A stretch of DNA of 64,000 nucleotides from Ruditapes philippinarum (taxonomy: Eukaryota), in NCBI RefSeq assembly GCF_026571515.1, contig NW_026857508.1, positions 62,001-126,000 on the forward strand, given 5' to 3'. Positions 12,719 through 24,800 of this stretch are shown here, one piece after another. The notes under the pieces were generated by a model that was not told where the DNA came from, made no database searches, and saw only the letters and a list, made by a program, of their open reading frames with translations. A program made the position numbers and the translations under genes. Position 1 is the first letter of the stretch; each line of letters begins with the position of its first letter.

Positions 12719-12949
12719 AGCCGCATCACGACAAAACCAAATAATAGGTTTACGACCAGCATGGATCCAGACCAGCATGCGCATCCGCCCGCGCAGTGCG
12801 ATAAGGATCCATGCTGTTCGCCCTATAAATTTGTACCTTGTAATAACTTTGTAAGCGAACAGCATGGATCTGATCGACTGCCGCGGGAGGCGCAGGTGGT
12901 CTGGTCCTGTGGTGAAAACCCTTTTTGGGGTTTTTGTCGTGACGCGGTC
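12719..12949. mobile_element. Palindromic MITE, same family as 10353
   Basis: ccgcatcacgacaaaacc...ggtttttgtcgtgacgcgg termini, with internal gatccatgctgttcgc / gcgaacagcatggatc. Confidence 0.75.
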
Positions 12950-13561
12950 ATATCAAAAATTAAAAAAAAGATTCAACTATTTTAACAAATCCGGAAAAAT
13001 AAAAAAACGTACATGTTTTTCACATTTTTTATTACCTGCACCATAAAACCATCACAGCTTTTTTATGTTCTCTTAAAATAATACTGTTACACAACATTGG
13101 AGTAAAAAAAACAAAAAAACAATAAAAACAAAAAAATTATCAAAATACGACATGTACTTTTTATATAATTAAGTAATTGGGACAGGGGGACATTGTTTTT
13201 TTTATTTTTCTCGTTCCCCGAGATACTATTCGTGGCCACGGTTTTAGTGGGGGCCCGGATAAAAAACCTCGTCCAAAAATAATTTAAATTTTAAAATTTT
13301 AAACTTATTTTTACATGCAATTTAATTTTTTAAAATACAAAATATCAATTTGAATTTGCTTTTTTTTTATTTCTTTTCACTTGGTTTCCCATTATAATGC
13401 TTATTTGATTTTTTTAAATTTTTAAAATTTTAAATGAATTTTTTAAGTGTTTGGATAAAACGGACTACAAAAAAATATATTCTAAAATAAAAAAAAGCCC
13501 AAAAAGTAAACACTGAAATTAAAAATATTCTAAAAAATTTAAAAACTTTTAAAAACAAAAA

Positions 13562-13564
<3 letters not shown>

Positions 13565-13617
<53 letters not shown>
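13565..13617. repeat. (AAT)n microsatellite
   Basis: About 17 perfect AAT units. A degenerate (AAT)n lies at 12393-12441. Confidence 0.95.
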
Positions 13618-13620
<3 letters not shown>

Positions 13621-14652
13621 CAACATAATTTACTGAAACGTATTGTTTAGTCGTCATATTCATTTCAAAAGAGAAACTCAGAAAATTCATCATCATGCTC
13701 GTACCTAACCACATAGTGATGCACCATATCAAGAGACATTAAAAATTACGCGTAAATGTTATTTGAACTTTATCTGTGACATGGCAAGCGTTTACATCAA
13801 AGACTGATTATCTTAAATACTATAAAAAAAGAAAAGAAAACACGAAAATTATGTCGATAGTGATATTCTATTGATAAATAGAAAACAAATAGTCAGAAAC
13901 GTTCTCTTATTTAAATATTGTGCAAAATGGTACTGCAAAACTAACAGCGCCGCACATTAATTCCACAAAAATGGTACTGCAACACAAAACTCGCCGGAAT
14001 TTAATTTCCAGATAAAAAAAATGGTACTGCACAAGAACACATTTACCATCACATTTCAATAAAGTACTTAAATGAGACTTGATCTTAATAATTCACGTGG
14101 ATATTGATTCAAACTAATTTATTTATTTATTTATGGTTGATATAGATGTCCAACTCGTGTTGTAAAAAAAGCTACCGGAGTTGACAAGGGCTAAGCAAAG
14201 CGGTGTCAGTGTCAGGCACCAGAGTCTCTGTGATATATTGTTACCTTTTTGTTTCACATAATCACCTAAATGTAAAGTATGTTTTGCTGAATGAAAGTAT
14301 ATTTATCTGTAAAAATGTATAAAAAAGACTAAACAACAATAATATATTCACTACAACTAATCAAAAGTTAACAAATGTTTTTAAAATAATAAGCACGCCC
14401 GAACCACCTCTTTAAGAGGTAGAGATCCAGTAGTCGCTGGAGGTGTCAAAATTCTGCTTTACAAATGATTGCGTACATTGTGTCTAATGTTCCTTTGTCT
14501 CACTGTCTAATGATTATTTGTACCTCAAAGCTGACTCAGAAATCATGTGGTATAAGTAGTCGTTCAACTGCGTTGAAATTGGTATTTTCTGGTTAGTTAT
14601 CCAGGAGATTCATTGAGGTGGATTGACTGCCAGGATATGGTTAAAATGTGAC

Positions 14653-15837
14653 TTATTTCATTTTCTTCTCTCCAACAGAAATGAGAAATTTCAATAAAAG
14701 CCCCAGGTCATTGATGCTTTTGATTCCATCGTCTGTTTTATATGATACGAAAGGATCGCCTTTGACCTTAACCGCTCCAGTAAGCTGACCAACATGATAA
14801 AAAAACAACAATAAAAACAAAAATAAAGTTCAAAAGCTAATATCACTTTCAACCTGGTTCTTAGGCATAATTTTTTTACTAATTCTTTCACCAAGTTTTA
14901 GATAATGTTTAAACATTTCACTAAGATTTTAGACACCACCACACTTCCTTATATTTTGTAGACTTGAATGGTTCTTATATTTTGTAGACACAAATGGTTC
15001 TGACGCAATGAACTTGCATTGAAGATACAATGTATATATTATAAATTGAGACCTGAGCGCAATAAGCTCTGTAAAACTACAATTATTATAACGGCGTCAT
15101 TCCCTATTTGTAATATAATGTGTCACACATTTCCAACGTGTCATGTAAAGTTCTTAAGTGACTGCTTCAATATCATTTAAATAAATTGTCTTATAACAAG
15201 TTTTCCATGTTTAAGATTTCTTTTTAAATATATACAACATTTAAACATTTAATGAAAAATTCCTATTTAGATAATTCTTCAAATTTTTTTTTTCCATACC
15301 TTTCCACCGCGACAACCAAGCATGACTGAATTGATATCTAGTGATTTTAAACCTAACGAGAATGACTGCAATGTATCAAGTGTTTGCGCCAATTTCCAGA
15401 CAATCGTTAGCCAATCTTTTCTCGAGGCGCGCACATCCGCATCAGGTAACTCGTACATATACACATATCCCGCCAACCTGGCACGGGAAGTCAGTCGTCG
15501 ACCTATGGCCATGCATTTAAAAGCCGCCTCTCCACTTTCTGGAAAAAAACAACAATAGCAAAAAATAGAATTGCTTTTTCGATTACCTTTGTAACCTTGT
15601 ATCAATTATCAAAACTCACTTTAGAAGTCATGATGATTTAAATAATGATAAATATGATAAATTTCATTTCATAGACTGCAGCGGAATTGCCAAAATTTCT
15701 TCAATAAGGAGGTTTAGCCTTTGAAAATGATTTGTATTTTTCTTCTCTTTAAAACTGCATCTACTTTTTGAAATTAAAAGTAACAAACCCTTTGTCAATT
15801 TCGTCAGTGACTGCTCGTCCGTACTTGGATTAAATTG
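14653..15837 (-). CDS. Last three exons: cytoplasmic tail with kinase-C-lobe-like remnant
   Basis: [16 protein letters not shown]|[48 protein letters not shown]|[43 protein letters not shown]. Splice sites and phases (0/1/0) fit. Confidence 0.65.
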
Positions 15838-18800
15838 CTGAATAATAAGATGTAATAAATAATTTTATACTTTAACATGTCAATGGTTTCTTTTACAGTT
15901 TTTGTATATTTATTTTATAACCCTACAAACTTTAGAATTCAGAAATTATTATAAAAAAGACAAGGACGAAAACGGCTTATTTACAAAATTAAGTATTTTA
16001 AAACATAAAATAACATTAAAACCAAAATGCTACCTCAACCAATCTGATCAATATAAATTGATAATATAATCATTTCAGTCCCATATGTGTGTCTACACTA
16101 ATGTAAAATGATGTCCGACATGAACTTGAAGAAAATTTATCAATGATTGCAGCAACTAAACAATCAATATCCAATCCTTGACCTTAACTCATATTATTAT
16201 GCATATGAAAAATTTAGATAAAACCGACTGGACAATGCGCTAGTGTCCGGTAGACTGAATTAAACCTACTGTAAAATCCTTATATATACTAACACGACAT
16301 CGTACGCTTAACACGTGCAAATACTATTTACAAAAATGACCATTACCATATTGTGTATACGCATCGTTCAGACAATATTTTCTCGCTATACTTGAACGAA
16401 ACGCGTAAAAATTGTATGAAGGTGTAAGCTCTAAAAGCATATTTAACAAAATAAACTTATTTGTAAAACTATTGTTTTTTAATAGATAATTTTAAAACGA
16501 AACTCAAAATCTTTTACTTTGCCTCCAATAATTGCAGTCAATGTGTATAAAATTGGATTGAGAGCAGAGTTGACCGGTAGAATAAAGACGGCTGCCCAAG
16601 CGTAAACATCTCCAGATATTACATGTCCAGTCAGTGCCAACATTCCTACAGTGTAAAGAGTACATTTATGCAATTATTATATCTTAAACTATGGGATAGA
16701 GCTTATGTAGCGTTATGTACTTTATCAATATTCCAAATTTTAAAAGCAACTTGTAGCTAACATCACATGGCATTTATTTTGACATATCATTGTTATAGTC
16801 GAAATAATTTTCATGATGTCTTAATTATTCCAAATAACACAATGCGTTGTTAACCTTAAAACTATTACTTCTTCATAGAATTTTTATCTAAGTACTTCCG
16901 GCAGACAAACAATGCTATTACCCAGTACTCCGATAGGAAACCAACACAAAAAGTCAGTTCCTACAACCAGTAGAAGATTTCTTGCAACCTTTAAGTCCCG
17001 TTTTCTTGCAGTTTCAGTCGATGTGGCAATGCCGGCAGATTTTCTTATCTCAACGAAAATAGACAACTGACCTACTGCAACCAATATAAACGTAATGAAA
17101 TTTAAACATACAAAGACAGAAAGCGAATAAGCCCAGCCAGCGGGACGGTCTCTAGTTAGTGGCAAAGCAATACAGACCCCGGACTTTGAGTAAAACTCGT
17201 TTTTGAAATACCCTACGTATACAACCGGTATAATTGCGACCATTGAGGAAAAAATCCATGTGAATAAAACACATACAACAGCTTTCTTTGTGGATATCCT
17301 TACACCGCCAAATGGAAATTTGATAACAAGTATCCTATCTAATGTAATAAGACAGAGAAATAGAACACTAGATTCCGAAGAAATAGTCGACAAAATGCCA
17401 GCAAGGTTGCACCATATACTATGTCTCCAGTAGTCGTCTACAAAAATATATCTGAAAGGATAAAAACGAAACGAACACGTTAGATACAATATTTCTCTTT
17501 CAGGGACACAAAATAACACTTTGTATTAAATAATTAAAGATGACCATTCACGGCACTATTGATAACAACTTTTATTACAAATAACGGAAATTGCTATTAC
17601 CAATTACAATATAAGTATATGTACTGGATGTACTATATTACATGAACATTTAAGCCACTTTGAGTAAATTAATTTGCAGTTTTTTAAGGTTACTAAATGC
17701 TGTAAATTGATTTTGAATCCAAATCAGAATTACCTTTTTCTGAAAGCAGAATCAGCGATTGCAATAATTAGAAGATAAAGTCCCATCATGAAATCTGCAA
17801 CGGCCAAATTTGTTACAAATATTCCAAAGCCCAACTTAAGCCGTTGCCTGTCATAATGTAATCTGTAGACAATGGTGAGTAAATTTCCTAAAAGCGCTGT
17901 TATCCCGATCAGCCATATCAAGAATTGCAATACAGAATTACGCATTAAATCATCACACGACGAAAACTCATCTTGTTTTGGGTAGCAATTTTTCTCACCG
18001 ACATAGTTAGGTCTTATACAACAGAACTTGAATGCAGGTGTGATCAATGTGTTTAAACCTATTAGTCCAGTAAATATTTCTTTATTGAACGTTCTGATAC
18101 TATTTCCTCGGAAACTGATTTCTGAAATAACCGCATCTCTGAAGGCAAAGTCTTCTATTTCCTGTATTCTATTATTAGAAAGGTCTAGCTTTTTCAGAGT
18201 TAATCCTGAAAAAGAGTCTGCTAAAATCTTTACAAGCTTGGCGTTTGCGAAATTTAAGTTTTGTATATTAGCTAACCCACTTAATGCATGTTTCGCAATG
18301 TAAGCAAGTTTAAAATTGCCATGAAGTTCAAGTTTTGCCAGATATTTAAGACTACTGAAGACATAATTAGACAAAGTGTTTATATTATTGAAACTTAAGT
18401 CTAAATGCATAAGATTCACAACTCTGTCAAAACCATGCCGAGATATGACTTCAATGTCACAACCCGATAGATTCAAAATGGACAAAGTCGGAAGAATAAG
18501 AACTGAGTCCTCCAGGATAGAACTTAGATTTACATTGAAACTGAAATCTAGGTAACGCGTATTCTTTGATATTGTTGAAATCATTGTTAGGTTGGAACTA
18601 GTGAAGCTGCAATTTGCAATTAATCCTGAACATCGGCATTGATCTGGACATTTGAAATCACACAAAGCTTCGTCATCTCCACGGGGGCATTGGATAAAGC
18701 CATCACAAACTTGCTCAATTGATATACATATTTTGCTTGATGCACATTTATAATCATGTGGACAATGAACTTTTGTAGTCACTGGAAAAAAATAAAACAT

Positions 18801-21800
18801 TAGTTTAAAAGTTTAAATCTACACATAATGTTATTATAAACATGTTCAGGAATCTTTTAACATATCGCTTGTAAAACTGACTGAAAAATGCAAGCATTTA
18901 ACTTTTGGAGATAAACATGCATCAGCATTCGAGCATTGAGATGCGCTCACTATAGTCGTGTTTATATGTTGACTACTGCTTAAGCCGGTGTTCTCGATGG
19001 ACTTTTGTTTATCAATGGTTTATGTACGTGCAGAATATGGAACAATTAAAAAATATCTTGATTTACTTACACCTTAAAATGTCTCAATCTGTATTACACT
19101 AAACAAACTTTTACAGTTTATAGTAATTTTGTTACACATAAAACGTCACAATAAACAGTTGAAATACTAGCCATTGCATAGCTCGTTGAAATATTCTGCA
19201 CCAACATCATTCAGAATTTGCCATCTCTTAACTCTAACATCTTTAACGAACTCTTTCTTTGTTTCGTCTCGGTTGTCAACAGTCACGTTAAAATTCTCTG
19301 ATAGTCTATACGTTTTGAATTCTGGTCCTAAGAGAGATACATTTCCAAAAATTTCAGATGTAAGCAATTTAGAAGTTTCGCTGTTTTCTATAAGGATAAT
19401 GCCTTTGTTACCGTCATTTGTAAATCGTACGGATTTTAAAAGTTTCCTGGCCTTGATATTATATTTACATTCAAATAATGACCCAATGCCCGTTGCATCA
19501 ACTTCTTTGTCCCGTATTTCAAGGAAATAGTCCGTGATACCAAACGGTTGCAATGGTTTTGATGCTTTATACCCTAGACTTCTCACAATGTTTGTACGAG
19601 TGCTGAACTGCCTCGCAAACTTATCTATATCAGGTCCATCGGAGCTTTCTTCATCGTAGATGATCAGGATTTCATTGTCTGACGATTCACATCCTTTAAA
19701 ATTTACCATACAACAAGTATTAGACAGAACTTTGGAGAGAGTAATGCATAGAGTTATAATTCTTGATAGGATAAACATGTATATATATTCCGTGTACTTT
19801 GTTCGTTATTTCAATAATTTTAATGTTCACAACCCTGACATTAACTTTAAAAGGTCAAAAGTCAACTGTGTAATTTGAGCGTATAACTATGTAACTGAGT
19901 TGATTGCAATATCATGCTGAATGCATATTTTGGGTAACTTTCCCGAATGCTCGTATTTATTAAAATTAACATATTGAGCAATAACTTTGATCTTGCACTT
20001 AAGATGTTCCGCTTTGCACTGTTATGTGTTTTTCATTTATACAGTTATGATGATGACGTCAATTACAGGTCCGAAGTGCCGTGGTGTTTGCTTGATGCAC
20101 ATTTTATCAAATATTTGTATTTTATATTTACACAATGTCACAGTAAGAAACAATCTACATTGTATTTTACTTTTTGGTGTTAAAAGATTTATCTTCCCAG
20201 CTAGGTATACTTATTCTTTGACTATCACTTTTACTATCAAACCCTCAACATATATAGTAATAACATAACGATAATCATAAAGCTACTTTACCACAATTTT
20301 CCTCATCTTCCCCCGAGGGACATTGTAATTCACCATCGCATAAAAAGCGCAAAGGGATACAGTAACTGCCTGGACATTTCACTGTGTTTTCTGGACATTC
20401 AAATGCATCTAAAATAAAATTTTTTAGACTTTATCAAATTGTCTTTATCGAGATGCAAAATGTGTCTCAAACTAATCTTCCCCTAACTTTAACTATTATG
20501 ATATATATCGATCACTTATCCAAAATCTTGAAAAACCAGGGCCTTTATGAATCCGTACTGTTGTTGACATAAAACCGACAGATAGGTATTCCTAGATATA
20601 CTTTCAGAGTCTGGTTGTTGTTAATAAATGTTTAAAGAAAGATTATTTGTATTAATAAAAAAAAAGAAAATTGCATTACAATACAATCTCAATATTACTT
20701 CCTATGAAATGTAACAGTCTGATATCAAACCGTCGGACACACTTTTGAAATTGTCAAAACAGTGAGTTCGTTGATGATTTCCCAACATTTCCCAAACATG
20801 TGACTAAGGCAAAGACAGAAACACAAAATTTATGACGAACTGATTAATAAATGTACAAACATATATGCTTCTTTAATGGCTATTCCTTATATGTTTTTAA
20901 TATCCTTTAATGATGTGATTTTATGATCTGAACAGAAGTCAGACTGAAAACCAATCATCTTTGTTAGAATACTTTGTACTTTGTTGTTACTAGTCCAGAA
21001 TAATCAGTAGATTTGCAATATAAATAAGATGAAACTATGAACTTACAACAGTTCTTGATATGACTTCCGTCTCTACAGCCAATGAGGAATCCAGTGTTGT
21101 CTACATCATAGATACATCGTAAATAAGCGGGAATATGTTTACCATTGATGTCACATACAAAATCATTGTCCTTAGGATAAAAACCTGAATATAGAGTGTA
21201 TGGGTGATCTTCAATGATGAACTATCAATTAAAACAACAATCTATACTTTTTGACCAATTAAGATACACTTGTCATGTAACTTCATAACCTTCAAATCTT
21301 TAGCAATTTCTAAACTGATATGTTCCAAACATAAAGTAAAATCACACTTGATTATTTACACTCTCAAACTGAAAATATGTTTCGTTTGTACCGAATTCAC
21401 AGAAATTCTTAAGAAAGTTTGAATTGAATATAATGCATACAATTTTGATCCAAAATAAGAAATGTAATAATAAAATGTAAAGATTGAATACGAAGAGATA
21501 TAAAATGAATTTAAATCGAGTAGCACAAATCTTATCTTGTTTCATATTGTTTACACCACTTGCCTCTCGCCGCTTTAGGTTCGAATACCGCCGGCAACCT
21601 GTATTCACTGATTATCGGTGGGTCTACTTAGGTGTCCGCTCGTGCCGGAAATAATACACAGAAGAGCACCTGGCGAGCATTTCAGTAACATTCCATATGT
21701 TTTGCGTATCATTTTCTTTAAACGTGGACTTATGCAAAACTTAAATTTACGTTATTTGCGTTTCTACCAAAGCATGAAAGTCGCTATATGTCCTCCGCCG

Positions 21801-24800
21801 TGTTGGTGCGACGTAAAGCACAACCAATATACGAGGCTGGATAAAAATACGTGGACTTTTTTTTAACTCTAAAAACTACTCGAGGGAAGTCGATAAAATT
21901 GTGTACACATAATAAACAATTAAATGTTAAACGATTCATACGATTTACATTGCTGTATTTTATTTTTGTTTAAAAAATCAAGTTTAAATAGCCCTGGGCA
22001 GGTACCCCCAGCGCAGCCCATTTATTGGCAACAATGCGAAGTGCTTATATCTCTGTAGCGCCCTAAATTTGTTCCAAATTATACCAAACGTCGTCTGCTT
22101 ATTTGCTGATGTCATATGTGACGTCGTTGTAAATTTAAACTTTAGAATAAACAGCTTGTAAGTTTAAGATATATATGGATGTTATAAGATATAAATGGCT
22201 GCACTGGCACAGGAAGAGAACTGTGCGATAATAAAGTTTTGTTTAGACCTTATAAAAACACCACCATAGTTGTTGAAAATGATGAAGGATGCTAATCAAT
22301 CTTCAAATATAAGCTTATCTCTTTTTTAAAAAAAGTGGCAGCATCCATTAAAGTTTGAGAAACCAGTTGAAGATGACAAAGGTACATGCGCGCTGGGTGT
22401 GAGAGCTTTGAAAAACACTGACTGGGAACGTAAGTAGTCAGCGTCGAAAGGTCATCATGACTTCGTTATCGTATGCCGGTACCATTGCAATAATCAATTT
22501 AAGATGGTTGCTGTGGGAGACCGACTTGACCTATAATATTCAAATGTACATATACATAAATGCCGATATAGAACCACTGTATATGATTTTATTGTTTATA
22601 CAAACAAAATTAATACAACAAAAGTCCATGCATTGTTTTATCCAACCTTGTATATGTTTATATAAAAATGGAAATTTAAACAACCTTGTTGACATATATA
22701 AGGTCCTGCGATTATTTGATTTTCTCTTTCAAAGTGGTTAATCGTTCGATAACCTACGGCTCCTAGAAAAATTACACCTCCAGATGTAAGAAGAGAACTC
22801 GGTTTTCGGTTTTCACAGGCATCAATGCTGTCATAGTAGTCTTCTCTAAAAATGAAAAAGATTTTGCTCAAAATACTCGACGAATTCATAAAACATGAAG
22901 TTTTTTTCTTGAATGCGGTTCATCGTTTGAAAGGTATAATACGGAAAAGAAATGGGAAAAAATTTAATTGTTATTAAAATATATAAATCTTTCTTTGAAG
23001 TTTCAACTTAATTTAATGTATGGTAGACCTTCTATATCTTGCAAATGGCAACATGGAAAGTGTATTTTTTAGTTCAGCAGTGAACGGGATTCATGTAGAT
23101 AAGTAATTACTTTATGGACCAGGATTATAATTGCCTGTAGGCATGGACATGCATCGATCTGTTCGGAAAATACATAGACACGCAGTGTCTGAATGGTATC
23201 TGAGACATTTTGTTCGTGACTTACCTTTCGCCTATCTTGTAGTTAAAAATACCACAAACACATTCACTGGAGGTGTCATTAAGCTCTGCTCTTGCTTCGA
23301 AGGCTGGAACACAGACCTCTTTCATCTATCAAAACATTCAAACATGTCATATTACTGAGCTTATTGTGCATGGTATAGCATACAACATACTAGCAAAAAT
23401 CATTTTCATTATTTGCAATTGAATAAACTGTATTTTACTTCTTTTAATGCACATAATGCATGATAAACGAATTAATTGTTTACCTTTTAAGAAAGGGTAA
23501 ACCATGGAGTTTTTAACGGTCATTTAATGGCTTTAGAACATGTTGATACCCATTACCTGATACACATGGCGCTAATTTTGAAATTATTCAAAACTAGAAA
23601 AATATAATCAAAGAAATATTTTGACGCCAATACAAAATAATAAATAACTGAAAGTGTACTAATTGCCGAAAAGCAACAGCAGCAAAAGACGGTTCACGTA
23701 ATTGACTAATGAGTTACGTTTTTCAAATTTTACAGGATACCAAAAATTTAAAAGCATTTCTATGGCATAATGAGCCTTAAGGAAGATTTAGGGAAGAAGC
23801 TTAAGGGTATTACAGTTCAAACGTTTATGTCAGTGTAAATTTATGGTTAACAACTTATAGTAGTTTTTGGGACTAACATTTTATAACTTAACTTTTCGTA
23901 CCAGCTCAAACTAAAAAAAGACATTACATTCTTCACTTTAAGTGATATTTACTAGACGCATGTCCATACTTGTAATTCTTTTTCCGACTTTTGAAATAAT
24001 GAAAAGTTATTTCACCATAAATGCTTCAAAAAGTCCTCTATTTACAATAAACCATATAGTACACATGCTTTCTACACCGCTGAAATTAATCTGCCTAGCA
24101 ATGATGGAAAAGCTATTTTGTATTCTCCCCGTTAAGCTTTTTTAGCAACATTGATTTTAATCAAATGACAAAAGATAATTTAATTTTTGTAAAAAAATAT
24201 TTAGTTTATAACAATGTTATAGCAAAAATATCTAAATATAAATTTACGACAAGTTTCTTAGAATAAGAAAAACGACATATTTTTTTTTTCATTTGATTTG
24301 TTTTCAGAAACAATGTTACTCTGATTACCTTTTGAATGCATGTAGTATTTTCGTCAGCAAAAAGCATCAGATTTATCGTGCTTTCTAATTTACTTGATAG
24401 GTCATTGTAAAGCATTGAGCTAACAAATGTACTCCCGAACAGATAATTCTCATGATAGTTCAGGTCCATATTCAGCACGGTTTCTATCTGATGATTGTCA
24501 TAAATGTCATCAAATTCACATTGCACTATAACACCGGCTAGAAAACAAAAACATTAAGTAAGGAATACATTCGTTATAGATACACATTTTTTACATTTTT
24601 TGATAACGAATGAAGAAGAAATTAGAAATACAATGATACTTTGTAAAAAGATAAGAAAGTTGTATCCATCGGTGACAATTGGTGAAATTACAATGTCGCT
24701 TATATCAAGGAAAAGGGCGTTTAAATCAAGGACAATATCACTTGTTTCAAACAACTTGCTGTTCATTGCTACTTGTACAACTCTTCATTTTATTATACTT

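Noticed and set aside
13430-13732. Poly-Leu ORF (also the poly-Ile/Leu ORF 12230-12478)
   Set aside because: Translation of (AAT)n microsatellites
17203-19878. Plus-strand ORFs overlapping GPCR exons (17203, 18028, 19174, 19660)
   Set aside because: Antisense shadows of real coding exons, with no motifs
20305-20320. Apparent frameshift in the LDLa exon G-run
   Set aside because: Recount gives five G, reading [10 protein letters not shown] in frame
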